From the NCBI GenBank assembly GCA_951406725.2, contig OX597815.1, positions 126,542,001 to 126,606,000 of the forward strand: DNA of 64,000 nt, in the 5' to 3' direction. Source of the DNA: Octopus vulgaris (taxonomy: Eukaryota). How positions within the stretch are numbered: position 1 is the first letter of the stretch; each line of letters opens with the position of its first letter. The translations under genes were made by a program, and so were the position numbers. The notes beneath the pieces are model-generated. The model had not been told where the DNA came from, made no database searches, and worked only from the letters and a program-made list of their open reading frames with translations. Shown here piece by piece: positions 12,760-27,132 of this stretch.

Positions 12760-14270
12760 AGACTAATGCAGAACTGACAACAAACAATATTTATATAAAT
12801 CACTGCAATTTCTAAGGTGACTAACTTTCACCTCTATTTTTGTCTGCATAACCTTCATACCCCTTAGAAATAAACTTGACAGAACAGGGTGTGTACAAAA
12901 TTGGCAACAGGAAAATAAGTCATCTATTTTATACGGATGACTTTAAACTCTATGGAAAAGATGATAAGGATTATTACATACGGTGAAAGCATTCAGTGAT
13001 GATATCAGATTGCGATTTGGTCTAGTTGAGTGTTCCAAATTCACTTTCCATTCAGTGGTGTCAAATGTTGGTAGAGTTATAAAAGAGCTTGAACAGGAAG
13101 AAACTTAAATACGTCGGAATAAATGAGGACTCTAACATTCAGCGTGCAAGCATGAAAGTGAAGATTCGGGAGTTAATGTTACAGGGAGTTCGAGCAGTCC
13201 TAATATCTGAGTTAAATGCACGTGACAATGTGTTAACCATAAAGTCGTTAGCAGTTCCAGTAGTTATATATAGTTTCGATATGTCGAACTGAAATATCAG
13301 CGAAATAAGGTAAATTGAAAGGAAAATTTGTAAGCTGCTGACTTGCAATAACATGCATCACCCAAAGGCAGATGCAGATCGTCTTTACCTTACCAGAGCT
13401 CAAGGAGGTCGAGGCTTGGTCTAATTTGAAATCTCTTGCAAAACACCACGGTTGAACTGGCCAAATATCTCGAAACATCTAACGACTCGATGCTAAAACT
13501 CGTTGAAAATCACGAGAGACGTAAGAAGCTTTATTCTGTTATGAAGGAAAGCAAAACATTTACTAGTGAATTCATGCATAATACCCAGAGTGAACAGCAT
13601 AATGGAAGTTCGGCAACTATAGTTGTAAAGAAGGTGAAATTAATAGCAAAGGAGAATGCGTTTGAACAGTTGGCTGAGAGGTGGGAACAAAAACTTCTGC
13701 ATGGAAAATGTGTGGTTCGTAGCAAATAAGCTGATGTAGACCAGAAGTACACCCATCAGTGGCTACGGAGCTCAAGGCTAAAGACAGAGACCAAAGGTTT
13801 TATCTTGGCTGCTCAAGATCAAAGCTTTTAATCCGGAACTATCAAGCCAATGTGATGAAAATGGAGTAGGCCCAAAATGCCGATACTGCAACGATAAGAT
13901 TGAAACAGTGGACCACCTAATCTCTGGGTGTAGGCTTTTAGCACCTGTAGAGTATAAATCAAGACTTGACAGAGTTGGCCAATACCTGTACTGGATAATA
14001 TGTAGGCATTATAAAATCAAAACTACTGACAAATCGTACAAGCACTACCTTGAGGCTGTAACTGAGGGAGAAATACAACGATTCTTTGGGACTTTCCAGT
14101 ACATACGCAGCGGACCATCTAAGCTAATAAACCAGATATTGTTGTGAAAGACCAAAGCAATAAAGTTTGTTTATTGATTGACATGAGCATACCTTGTGAT
14201 CATATTATCTCGGCAAAGGAATTTGATAAGCTCAGAAAATATAAAGATTTGCTAATCGAAATCGAAAAGT
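12760..14270 (+). mobile_element. 5'-truncated Dong/R4-like RLE non-LTR retrotransposon (RT end, CCHC, PD..D endonuclease)
   Basis: ISHLFYTDDFKLY (YxDD), ILAAQDQ, CRYCND..ETVDHLISGC, KPDIVVKD..CLLIDMSIP..KYKDL. Frameshifted. Starts after a TAA/CAA repeat. Confidence 0.85.
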
Positions 14271-14650
14271 AAAGACGGGCGAAATGCCGCTTAGCATTTT
14301 GACCGGCGTGCTAATGATTCTGTCAGCTCGCCGCCTTATGGGTATCGTAAATAATACAATACGTTTTATATTTAGGTAACATGTATTTATCCGGAGACGC
14401 GTTGTGTCCTTGAGCAAGACACTTTATTTCCCGTTGCCCCAGCCACTCAGTTGGCAAAAATGAGTAGTACCTGTATTTCAAAAGGTCATCCTTGTCACCT
14501 TTTATGTCAAGCTGGATCTCTCTTAGAACTGTGTTAAGGATACACTTGTTTGTGGAGTGCTCAGCCATTGTATGTTAACTTCATGAGCAGGCTGTTCGGT
14601 TGATCGGCTCAACCGGAATACTCGTCGTCGTAACTGATGGAGCGTCTGCA

Positions 14651-14700
<50 letters not shown>

Positions 14701-15912
14701 ACAGTAGCAGCAGCAGCAGCAGAAGAAGAAGCAGCAGCAGCAGCGGTGGTGGTGGTCGTGGTGGTCGTGGTACCCGAGTTGGGTGCGAAGGTGAGAGAAA
14801 AAAAGAAAAAGTGTATTATAAAACTGACGAAAAACGGTGAAGGAAGAGAGAGCCAAGGGGAAGTAAAAATAAGAAATAGAGAAAACTAGAAACAGAAACA
14901 GAAACATAGAGTAAATGTGAAGGATGAATATGAGATGTTATGGAGGTATATATTTATAAGGGAGAGGCGTTGAAGAAAGTGGTTTCATTATTAGAATGAA
15001 GCATATGGCTGTGAGCTGACAGAATCGCTGGCAAACCGAACAAAATACTTAGCGGCATTACGTCCGTCTTCACGTTCTGATTTCAAATTCCGCAGAGGTT
15101 GTTGAAGTTAGTACCAGTTAAGCATTAGAGGCGATACAATCGACAAACTTTTTCTCAAAATTTCAGACCTTGTGCCTTTAATTCTGTAATTGAAAGGATT
15201 ATTAAAATGAAACATTAAAATATCTAGAAAGGCTATGTAAACATAATTTAATTCGTGTAAAAAGAAACAGGGTATCTACCTTTCACTGTTCTTTTATGTT
15301 ACTAGTTCTTAGAGTAAGTATACCAGTGTTATATGAGATGATGCGTAATAAATAGGCGAAACTTATGATTTTTACGTTTTTCAAGAACTCAAGCAATAGC
15401 ACAGACACTCTAAAGTGTTGAATTATATTTTTTTTAAATCTACAGCAACGCACATTGGGAATCACAGCGTTAAACAATTAGAGATGAATCATGTCGTCAG
15501 AGTTATGTCAATAATGAAGTTTTTGCTAAAGAAACGAAAAATGACAAAAACATAAATCGTGAAAAATGTCTTCGAATAATACTTGAGTGTGGTTATATTC
15601 TAAACTGCCGGTTTCTTTCAGTTTTGAAGTAAATAATATTGGTTATTTATAGAATAGTGTTAAACTCCTATTTACACCAACCTACTCGTCAAAACCGCTT
15701 GACTAGCTAAGAATGATATTCACATCTTTAAATTACGCCACTATACCTTCAAAAGAAGGAACACATTAGATAATCTCCTCCAAATACATTGTATGTATAA
15801 AAGATAGGATAACAGCAACTGAACCGCCTTGGATCACGGATCTGTCTGATCTAAACAGACTAGGATGCTAAGTGACATTTAGATAGATCACTTACCTAAA
15901 TATCTTCCAGAT

Positions 15913-16078
15913 CAGTGGCGTATCTAGCGTGTGAGCTGACCGGAGGCAGCTATTGGAGTTACCGTCCTTGACCCCATCTGTCCCTCTACAGATTTATACT
16001 GCAGACTTTAGAATGCCATCCCCATAAAAGTACTGCCCGGGGTAGATCGTCCCCATCATCCTTCTAGCTACGCTACTG
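15913..16078. mobile_element. hAT-type MITE (166 bp)
   Basis: TIRs CAGTGGCGTATCTAG / CTAGCTACGCTACTG. Perfect 8-bp TSD TTCCAGAT (15905-15912 / 16079-16086). Confidence 0.9.
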
Positions 16079-16274
16079 TTCCAGATATATACAGATTCTT
16101 TGGACAGGAGAGAACTTAAAACCATTATATCTATATGTAGATGTGCTAAGAATACACTGCTCGGGGCTTTGTAAAAAGATAGATAAGAAAACACCGGGTC
16201 ACTAATAATAATAATAATAATAATGATGATGATGATGATGATGATGATGATTATAAATTTTATTATTATTATTT

Positions 16275-16749
16275 TTTTTTTCTTCTTTCAAATTTGCTTC
16301 CATTTCTTGCCGTGTATCTTCCCGACACCTAGGGCAAAGAAACTCATAGTATACATTGGTAGGCCATTAAGCCAAACTCAATAGTTCGTTCATTTTTTTT
16401 TTTTTTAGGTTAAATTAAAATACATGGGCAGTGACAGCTCTCACAGCGACAATGCTCTTCTCAATACGTGTGATGTACCAGTTAAGACAATCTTTTGCAC
16501 TTCTTGCAGAGATGGTAAGCAAGGGATCATTCTCATATAATTTTCGGTTCCCTTCTTGATCATTCCTAGTGCTCCTACGATTACTGGTATTGTAACCGCC
16601 TTGAGATGCCACATTTTCTCAATTTCAATGAGCAGGTCTTTATATTTTCTGAGCTTGTCAAACTCTTTCGCCGAGATATTATGATCACAGGGGATGCTCA
16701 TGTCGATCAATAAGCAAACTTTATTGTTTTTGTCTTTCACAACAATATC

Positions 16750-16750
<1 letters not shown>
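16275..16750 (-). mobile_element. 3' end of a Dong/R4-like LINE (same family as 12760-14270)
   Basis: ORF 16441-16740: CLLIDMSIPCDHNISAKEFDKLRKYKDLLIEIEKMW..IPVIVGALG..LQEVQKIVLTGTSHVLRRAL*. TAA repeats on both sides. Confidence 0.9.
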
Positions 16751-16804
<54 letters not shown>

Positions 16805-16806
<2 letters not shown>

Positions 16807-17345
16807 GTTTGACTTTTGCTTTATATTTGTACAAATTGGCTCCAAGTCTCACCCAGAGACCTAAAGAAACAACAGGCTGGAAGTTCACGTTGTTGTTATG
16901 CCTAGTGTGCCATATATTTGGGCGGCGAGCTGGTAGAAACGTTAGCACGCCGGGCGAAATTCGTAGCCGTATTTCGTCTGTCGTTACGTTCCGAGTTCAA
17001 ATTCCGCCGAGGTCGACTTTGCCTTTCATCCTTTCGGGGTCGATAAATTAAGTACCAGTTACGCACTGGGGTCGATGTAGTCGACTTAATCCCTTTGTCT
17101 GTCCTTGTTTGTCCCCTCTGTGTTTAGCCCCTTGTGGGTAGTAAAGAAATATATATTTGGTTGTTTTTTGTGTTGTACTAGTGGATGTCTAAAAAACATG
17201 TTTGTTTTAAACCTTAGATTACATAGAAAGTATTTTGCGTAGGATATGAGCAGTTCCCATGAGCACTATCTTTTGAATTTCTGCCATTTTGGGGTTTCCT
17301 GGTATCTGAGTTAGGTAGCAATCAGCCCCTTTTGCTATCATTCCC

Positions 17346-17346
<1 letters not shown>
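16805..17346 (-). mobile_element. 3' fragment of a second Dong/R4-like family, interrupted by a SINE
   Basis: GMIAKGADCYLTQIPGNPKMAEIQKIVLMGTAHILRKILSM*. Flanked by (TAA)n. Confidence 0.8.
16921..17150 (+). mobile_element. Young tRNA-derived SINE
   Basis: Same family as 5121-5347. TSD ATATATTTG (16912-16920 / 17151-17159). Confidence 0.9.
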
Positions 17347-17404
<58 letters not shown>

Positions 17405-17405
<1 letters not shown>

Positions 17406-17942
17406 GCACTGATGCAGTGCCAGGCAGTGGCTTTCATGGCTTCTGATCTTAACTGATTGGAAGTGTTATCATGTACATTGTTTTGTCTTGGTATAAAAAA
17501 TAATGGGCTACAGCAAATCTTCTACTTAATACCACTGATTTGCTTGTCAGTTGTTTGACCTTAACCAGTTGACCATGTCCCTTAGTGACTGACAATATGT
17601 GCATCTCTGATAGTGAGCAGAAGTCGTTGTGGAATTGCGGTGAGGTGGGGGTGAATAATTTACCTTTGGAAACATGGGCGTTTTGCTCAACGTCCTTAAC
17701 CAACCCTTATTCAGGGACTTTTGAGCGGGATGGGCTACTCGACCTGAAGAAAATTCTAATTGGGCCCCACCTGCGAGGTAATGCATTTTTTATCTTGATA
17801 TGAGATCACTATGTTGCGCACATATGGTTGTGATGCATGTGCCTCATGTACCCTCATCAGACGGGTAGTCATGATGGGTGTACTGAGCTTCGTAAACTTT
17901 AACCCCAGTGTCACTTTGATGGCATGTACTGCTCTCTCATTC
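17405..17942 (+). mobile_element. ~530-bp TAA-associated non-coding element
   Basis: CTGATGCAGT.C.AGGCA.TGGCT...GTGTCACTTTGATGGCA...CTCTCTCA, followed by AATAATAAT. Confidence 0.85.
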
Positions 17943-18333
17943 AATAATAATAATAATTAAGGTATAATGCTCAGGGTCATATTCCCCTACATTTTTAAAA
18001 AGAGAAATTTTCTCATTACCACTGCAACCGAAAACTTATGTGTAGGTACGATTACGCACGCGTACGCTTCACTAGAACACATTTAAAACAATTTGAGTGG
18101 AAATTCTTCGATTACACACGAAGCTGTAGATGCAGTCATCATATCCTTTCATTCGTTGATTTCTATTTCAATCCTGTTTTCAGATCGATGTGTTTCGTGC
18201 GAACAGGAAATATGTATTTATGCAACCTGCAATAAATTACATGCATACACATACAATATACGTAAGTACGAACATTGTGGATTTTATTGTGCGTATGTGC
18301 ATGTGTGTGTGTACATATATAATACTTTGTATT

Positions 18334-18447
<114 letters not shown>

Positions 18448-18817
18448 AATAAGTGAGCTAGTATATTTATAATTTTAAGCGTCTTAATTCAGATTTAACG
18501 ATCTGCAAAGAAACCCAGCCAGCTTCTTAACGTTCAATAGTTATTCGGAAAAAGACCTGAAATATCTGAAATCTCTTACGGTTAGTTCCCACTATTTAGT
18601 AAACTAATGCATCACGCAATATAAAATCGAGCGACTAAAGTTAACTGCGAGTAAAATTTCATGTTATGTCACATGATAGATGAATAAACCTATTTTCTTC
18701 ACATGCAACTCGGTGGAGACTATTCACATGAAATTGTGCTTTCATCTGAATAGTATTTGCTTAAGTAGAATGGAAAGATTATTCTCTATTTATTCTACTG
18801 GTTAAACTCTTAAATGA

Positions 18818-18965
<148 letters not shown>

Positions 18966-19559
18966 CTGTGTGTGATTTAGTTATCATTTTATACATTTAT
19001 TTAGATCTGCAAATGGTTAAGTGGACAATGTCTGAGATGTCCGTATTTTCTTTCCATCATTGGCACCACATCCACCTCGTAGCTTCGCGTTGGGTGCACA
19101 AAACATGCCGCCCGCACAGGATGATCTTTTTATATACGAGTGTTTGCTGTAGTCGGTGTGTTACGTCTAAAGAAAGAACGGACAATTTTGGCACAGAACA
19201 GGCAAAACCTACTCTACGCCTCTGCATCAATCACTTTGTTATCCTCTTTATCATTAGCCTAAAAATGTCGTTTTAAAGAGATCGTGCCTCCTCAATTGTT
19301 TTCGTTGTTTCCTATTGACCTTTATCTCTCTTTCTAGTGGATTTCTTTCTGTGTTTCCCTTTTACAATAAGAAAACCTTCCTCCGCAACCATCACCAACC
19401 CCACTCGTTGCACGACGATAAAGTTGTGCTGCTTTGGATTTATTTTATAACGATGGGTTTATTACTGTTACTGTGGATACACCTTATCCTTTATCTCCTT
19501 TTCCCTGTCAACGCAGGCTATGGATGGAAAGATAGATTCCTCGGTTTCCTGGTCAACTT

Positions 19560-20050
19560 CTAGAACCGAAAACGATGTAATATTTTCCGCCAGTTCCGAA
19601 GCTTTGACTGATGGTGTTGTCGGCACGGTAGCCTCTGGATCCCGCTCTTGCTGTTATTTTTTTTTTCTTAAATCTTAAGGAAAGAACGTCCTCAAGTAGC
19701 TCTTGTTTCCATAATTAAAACAGCTGGGCTTTCTGCCTTCTACTGTCAGCTTCACTGATCATATTTCGGCGCCCACAACTAGAATAGCTTTGTGGCTATG
19801 TGTGGTGGTAAGGACTTGCAAGTCCACACTTACACATGTAACTACATATTGTTCCTTGATACTTTGTATCTCTTGTCTCACCGACACTGCTCTACAACGC
19901 TTCTGGCAATTCCCCTCACTACCATCTTTGTGTTGCAGTGACCCACGTACCTTAAACACGAGTATGGATCTTGCTACTTCAGCTTGACCCTTCGCTTCGT
20001 CCTCAGTCCCGGGTAGACAGTCCTGAGCGTTTTGCTTCATTCACTAGACA
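19560..20050 (-). mobile_element. Decayed L1/Tx1-like ORF1 remnant
   Basis: ORF 19759-20040 reads on past a stop into SVKLTVEGRKPSCFNYGNKSYLRTFFP, a degenerate CCHC knuckle context typical of Tx1 ORF1. Confidence 0.45.
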
Positions 20051-20169
20051 AAATACTGCCCCATTCATTGGCTGGTGTATATTTCAGTTCATTTTTAGAG
20101 GGCATACAAAAGGACCGCTCCTGTTTTCGTGAGACATATGCACGTCAACTTTTTTTCTCCTTTTCTTGG

Positions 20170-21900
20170 AGGAAATATTGAGAAAACAGAGACAGCTTTT
20201 CGTAACCTTCTAAAAATTGTCCATAGTTTTAGCAAAGACATCGGGATGAGCATGGGGCTGGGAAAATGTGCCAAAGTGATACTAAGAGGAGGCAAATTAA
20301 TCAGTACTGAAAACACTGCACTCGACATAGACACAGAAATCAGAGAATTAGGCCACAATCGCCCATACAAATATCTAGGAATAGACGAACGAGCTATAAT
20401 ACTACAGAGAAAGGAAAAAGAAAATTTGGAGAGAGTATACAGAAGAGTTAGACTAATATTAAACACTGAATTCAATGCTAAAAATAAGATAATAGGGATA
20501 TATACGTTAGTCATATCAGTCATAAATTACAGCTTCAATATAATAAACTGGAAGATCAGTGAATTGAGAAACAGATAGAAAGACCAGAAAACTATTAATA
20601 GCATATCGACGTCACCACCAAAAACAGACACAGGCTGAATATATCTACCCCGCTCAGAAGGAGACCTGGCACAGATAGAGAACTATCATAAAATAACAAC
20701 AGTTGGACTAGAAAAGTACTTAGAAACAAAAAGTAGAAGACTGGTATCTGTAATAAAGCAACAGGTGACAAAATATAAAACAGAAACAAACTACACTGAT
20801 ACACTGATCTCAGATGACAACATGGCAGGAATGGTTAAGAGACAAAAAAAACATGAAAACAAAACTGCAACACATACTAAAGAAGAAATGGAGAGAAAAA
20901 TCACTTCATAGCCAATACCTGCAAGATTTGACAGAGAAGAAGTGAGCAGAAGTATTGCTGAAATGGAAGGATTGATTCTCACTGCACAAGATTAATGCCT
21001 GACTACAAACAACTCAAAAAACAAAATAATGGAAACAGGCCCTAACATCAATTGCAGAATGTGCAACCAGCACAATGAGACAGTTGACTACATCATTTTT
21101 GGCTGCCCAGTCCTTGCCAAATCTGAGTATATATACAGACAGGAACGAGTAAGTAGTTATATCCACTCAACAATATTCCAACACTACAACACGAAAACTG
21201 ACAATAGATGGTATAAACATGTGTCAAATAAGGTACATGACAACGACCAAGCCATGATCATCTGCGATATGCCTGTTCAAACTGGCAGAGAAATGAAAGC
21301 TAATCGCCCAGGTATAATAATCAAGGATTGGAATAAAAGCACTTGCTTATTGATAGACATTGTAGTCCCTTCTGACCAAAATATTGCCCAAAAAGAAGTG
21401 GGGAAATTGTCAAAGTACAAAGACCTCGAAATTGAAGCATTCAAGATGTGAGGCATGAAAATGAAAACAATACCAGTAACAACTAGAGCATTGGGTATGA
21501 TTTTAAAAAATCATGAACATAAAACGTAGAAACTATACCTTGACCCTCAAAACTATACACTAATCCGAAAAATAGCCCTGCTAGGAACAGCCCACAGCCT
21601 ATGCAGGATTATTATTTCAATAATACAACCCAAACGAAACAATCCACACTCTATATAGCAAATATCCAATAAAATAAACAACCAGCCACAGGCTAGGTAT
21701 CCAGCGCACTACACCCACAACATACTATACATACACTAATATATCGAAAGGCTACACCAGACCTCCATAACAAAAGAAACTGACGTAATACAATACCGGG
21801 AAAAGTTTGCACTCTCCCAACAACAATAAAATAATACACAATGCTGCACACACACCTGCACCATTGAGGTGTATCAGGTGATGCAGCAGAAATTTTTAGC
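20170..21900 (+). mobile_element. Truncated Dong/R4-like LINE
   Basis: FSKDIGMSMGLGKCA, YKYLGI, CRMCNQHNETVDYIIFGC, NRPGIII..CLLIDI..KYKDL. The 3' end runs into AATAATAAT. Confidence 0.85.
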
Positions 21901-22346
21901 AATAATAATAATAATTATAATCTTTTCTACTAAAGCACAAAGCCTTTAGTATAACTAAAGGCTTTGGGGCAGGGAACTAGTCGATTACATCGAACTCAGT
22001 CTCACTGGCACTTAAATTTATCCACCCCGAAAGGAATCTGAACTCAGAACGTAGCGACAGACGAAATATCACTAAGCATTTCGCCCGGCGTGCTAACGAT
22101 TCTGCCAGTGTTATGATAATAATAATAGTAATCCTTTCTGTTATATGCACAAGACCTGAAATTGGGGGGGGGGGGGGAATAGTCGATTACATCGACCCTA
22201 GTGCTCAACTGGTACTCATTTTATCAACCCCGAAAGGATGAAAGGTAAAGTAGACCTCGGCGGAATTTGAACAGAGAACGTAACGGCGTGCGAAATATCG
22301 CTAAACATTTCGTCCAGCATGCTAACGACTCTGCCAGCTCGCCACC

Positions 22347-22409
<63 letters not shown>

Positions 22410-23149
22410 TAGCCTATACATGAAGAAAGCAACTGGAGGAATGGGTCTGATAAGTGTGGAAGACTGCTTGCGTATCGAACTCGAGAGCTTAATGAGATAC
22501 CTAGCCCAAAGTAAAGGAACTTTGCTTGTGACTGTTAGGAACGAGGGAATATTGAGAGCAGAGAAAAAGTGAAAAATAAAGGAAGAAGTATAAAAAGACA
22601 TGAAGAAAAATTACACAAGAAGAGACTACACAATCAATTCCATGTAGCCAGAACAGAAGTTTCTGGAAAAAATAGATGGGATTGGCTAATGAAAGGAACC
22701 CTAAAAAAGAGACCGACAGCACTACACTGGCAGCGCAAGACCAAGCTTTGGCCACGAACTGGAGGGTCAACCTTAGGAATGAGCAAGTATCTCCGTTGTG
22801 TCACATTTGCAATACAGTGGATGAAACTACTGCCCATATCACGAACAAATGCCCAAGACTTGCCCAAAGCCATTACAAGTTATGGCGACACGACCAGGTA
22901 GCAAAAGTGCTACATTGGAAACTGTGCGAAAACTGAGGGCTAGAGAGAGGCAAGACGTGGTATGAGCACAAAACGTAGAGTGGGGGAGCCGGAGACTAGC
23001 AAAATCCTCTGGGATTTCTCAATCCAAACTGATCAGGTGCTAGAGCATAACAGACCGGACTTAATGGTGGTGGACAAAGTGCACCACAAATACTATATAG
23101 TTGATGTTATATGCCCTTTCGACCGATGAATAGTCAAGAAGGAAGGCGA

Positions 23150-23238
<89 letters not shown>

Positions 23239-23533
23239 ATCCTCTTAAGTACAAAATAGCCTGGCTATGGAAAATGAAGAACGTGAAGACTGCCAATTAT
23301 TGTTGGGTCCTCGAGAGCATTATCAGAAGGCATCAAGAGGAATATAATGGAAATTGGAATAGAGTGCCTAGTAGAACTGTTACAAAAGGTTTGCCTTGTT
23401 GACACGGCCAGAATAATCAGGAAAGTATTAGAGAGATGAAAACAACGAATAACATGGTACTGTAGGTTGCAGGTAGTAAGCCCGCTACGCAGTCAAGACT
23501 CCAGGAGTTCCAACAAAACCTGTGATAAAAAGA

Positions 23534-23535
<2 letters not shown>
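22410..23535 (+). mobile_element. Truncated Dong/R4-like LINE between two (TAA)n tracts
   Basis: AAQDQAL, CHICNTVDETTAHITNKC, RHDQVAKVLHW, WDF.IQTD..RPDL. Long (TAA)n at 22348-22408 and 23534-23583. Confidence 0.85.
23152..23237. repeat. (GATA)n microsatellite inside the LINE ORF
   Basis: Directly visible. Confidence 0.95.
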
Positions 23536-23584
<49 letters not shown>

Positions 23585-23585
<1 letters not shown>

Positions 23586-24128
23586 GACCTGATGCAGTAC
23601 TAGGCATTGGCTCTCATGGCTGCTAATCTTAACTGACAGGAAGTGTAATCATGTACATTGTTTTGTCTTGGAATAAAAGATGGGCTACAGCAAATATTCT
23701 ACTCAATGCCACAAATTTGCTTGTCATTTGTTTGACCTTAACCAGTTGAGCTTAGTGGCTGACGATATGTGCATCTCTGACCATGAGCAGAAGTAGTGGG
23801 GAGCCTCATAGCTATATGTTGAGAGGAATTCTAAGGAGTTTGAATAATTCACCTCTGGAAACACGAGTGTCTCGTTCATCCTCAAACAACCCTTATTCAA
23901 GGACCTTTTGAGCGGGATGAGCCACTCGACCTGAAGAAAATTCTAACTGGGCCCCACCTGCAAGGTCATGCACTGTTTATCTTGATATGAGTTCACCATG
24001 TCGCGCACATATGGTTGTGATGCATGTGCCTAGTGTACCCTTATCAGACGGGTAGTCATGATGGGTATACTGGGCTTCGTATATTTTACTCCAGTGTCAC
24101 TTTGATGGCAAGCACTGCTCTCTCACTC
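23585..24128 (+). mobile_element. ~530-bp TAA-associated non-coding element
   Basis: Third copy. (TAA)n on both sides. Confidence 0.85.
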
Positions 24129-25199
24129 AATAATAATAATAAGTTTGGCACAAGGCCAGCAATTTCAGGAGAGGGGGTAAGTTGATTATATCACCCCCAG
24201 TACTCAACTCTTACTTATCTGATCGACCCCGAAAGAATGAAAAGCAAAGTTGACCTCGGCAGAATTTAAACTCGGTGCCAGAACAACAGAATATCTACAA
24301 CAAATCATCATCATCATTAGAAGTGACCATGTTGATAGAATAAAAACAATATTTTTGGTTGTGTCTGTCAGGAAAAAAAAACCTTAAAGAAAATCTAGGC
24401 TTTAATTAATTAATAGTTAAGCTAAATAAGATGAAGAGAAAGGCAGAAGACAAATTAAAAGAGATAAGGGATTCATAATGCTTGTTTGTTTGTTTTTTTT
24501 TGGGGGGGGGGGGGTTAACGGAAATCTTGTGAATGTTTACCGGGAAGGAATCGTGAAAACAACAAAACAACTACAAAATTGTTATCATTACTTGATGGCG
24601 AGGAGTTTCTTGCTCTAGTAAATTAACACAGAAAAAAATGAAATAGGCAAAACAAAACAACAGAATAACTAGTAGGAAGTTACTCTCAATGCACGATACT
24701 CCACCCTAAAAGTAATATCGACAGGCTCTACCAACCAAGAGAGGAAGAAGGTTGAGGTTTGTTAAATGCAGAAGACTCCATCGTACTGCAAAATTGAGAT
24801 TAAAACACTCAATGCTATGCGTTGTGGAGAAATAATACTGCTTGCGACCAAAAATATCCAAAATCTCACTGAAACAGTAAGGGAATTCCGGAACAAAAGG
24901 AAGGAGGACATGACAAATAGCTGGAAAAACAATGAATTTCATGGCCAATTCATGCAACAAAGCGAAGTATAGAACGTTGGTTGTGGGTGAGAGATGGAAA
25001 TCTGAAACGAGAAACTAAACTGACCAGTGGAACGCGTCCCCTTCCCCAAGAAACAAAATAATAGATTCTCCAATCTCTTCAGACAAAAGTTCGAGCAAGG
25101 CACAACGGTCAGACAGGAATATAACAAGGATCTGATGTACGTGTCCGATTCTTCTAATCAACCATTCAGAATAGTTTCTCCTCAGCCTATTTCTGCACA

Positions 25200-26150
25200 A
25201 AACTGTCTATCCTTGTCATAATTTTATTCCAATTCCTATCTCCCTGCAGGCCCAGAGCGAGTCAAACAAAAACTAGTCCATTTCTCATGAGCCCTGCGAT
25301 TCTGACATCATGAACTATAGGTGCTTAACCACAAGCCTAGAAATTGACCTTGTTTAATCTTTGTTCCTGTCACTGCCTCACGTTCTATTACGATCGTGCT
25401 AACTACATTGACCACAATACTGTCCAATACCATTACGATGACGTCGTCTGCATATGCTAGTGCAGCTCTCCTGCATTGTAGTTCAAATGAAATAACCCAT
25501 AACATCTTCAGTTCTCGCAGCATTGGCCTAAAAGTCGGTAAATACAGAAAGGATAGCGAAGGACGTTCAGGATTCGAAATGGTTTCGATCGTTGGGCTCT
25601 TTGATCATCGTGTAGATGCCGTTGTACATTAAAGCAATCCAGTCTCTGAAAACGGAACGACACCGTCTGTTTTGAAAGCAGTCTTTAAGTAACGATTCTC
25701 AAAGTTATCGAACGCTTTCGATTGATCCAAAAGAATCAGAGCCCCACCGAACCTAAGATTGTTATCCTGCCAACACTTTCAACGATGTACAACATGAACT
25801 TATAGGCTATAGATCAGTCCGACCACAAGCACCAGGTTCTCTTAGCTAGTACTTTGGCCATAATCTTAAACTCACCATTTTGCAGAAAGCATTTATAATA
25901 TTCCTCTTGTTTTCGTCCTTATTCAACAACGCCACAATTTTTCAGCTCACAGAACTAGAGATTATCCCGTTCTGCTGTCAGCGGCAATAGATGTCTGTCA
26001 AGACGTTGGTGAAAGAGTCTGACGTGTTCATAGAGCATACAATGTGATTTACCCCTCTTACCTGATACTGCTGACCGTATGTCAGTTACTGTTACTGGTC
26101 TTTCGCTAAGAGCCATGCCAGGCCATCAAGGTAAGCATTAAACTCTACTA
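25200..26150 (-). mobile_element. Decayed L1/Tx1-like reverse transcriptase
   Basis: KIMAKVLAKR, ALILLDQSKAFD and ALAYADDVIV motifs on the minus strand. Confidence 0.75.
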
Positions 26151-26899
26151 CCGTCTCTGGTCTACCGTGTGCCTCAGAAAGTTGAGCAAAGTACTACAGG
26201 AATATCTGCCCGAATTGGAGTGACACATATGCTCGTCCTGGTTCGCTTAATCCAGTTTGTTAGGATTTTTTTGTTTTTTTTGTTCAGGCTACGTGTCATG
26301 CAAAATAATTACAAGACAATTGGAAGTATTTACATACAAATACACTTTAACGGATATGAAACAAAAACGTAAACAATACACTGTCTGATGCGTTCATGAC
26401 TTCTCGAGGGGAGAAGTGGTTTAGTCGATACTGGTCCTTTATTTTATCGACTCTGGAGGCATGGAAGGTTGAATTGACATTGGCAGGATTTGAACTCAGA
26501 TAAAAGAGATGAAACAAATACGGCAGAGCTTTTTTTTCCGGCGCTCTAATGATTCATTGTTGTTAATACTAATGGTGTTCCTGACTTAGAAACAAATCCA
26601 GTAATGTTGAGAGCATTAATCATTTATATCGACCATGGTATATGACTGGTATTTTATGGGCCTCAGAAAGATGAAAAGAAAAACTGACTTCAGCAGAGTT
26701 TGAACTTAGAATGTAAAGAGCCAGATCAAATATTCTTTTCTACTCTAGGCACAAGACCCGAAATTTTGGGGGAGAGGGCTAGTCGATTAGATCGACTTCA
26801 GTACGCAACTGGTACTTAATTTATCGACCCCCAAAAGAACGAAAGGCAAAGTCGACCGCGACGGAATTTGAAATCAGAGAGGAAAGACGGATGAAATAC

Positions 26900-27132
26900 T
26901 TATTTCTTTACTACCCACAAGGGGCTAAACACAGAGAGGACAAACAAGGACAGACAAATGGATTAAGTCGATTACATCGACCCCAGTGCGTAACTGGTAC
27001 TTAGTTTATCGACCCCGAAAGGATGAAAGGCAAACTCGACCTCAGCGGAATTTGAACTCCGAACGTAGCGGCAGACGAAATACCACTAACCATTTCGCCC
27101 GGCGTGCTAACACTTCTGCCAGCTCGCCGCCT
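26900..27132 (-). mobile_element. Young tRNA-derived SINE nested in older SINEs
   Basis: Reverse complement of the 5121-5347 family. Confidence 0.85.
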
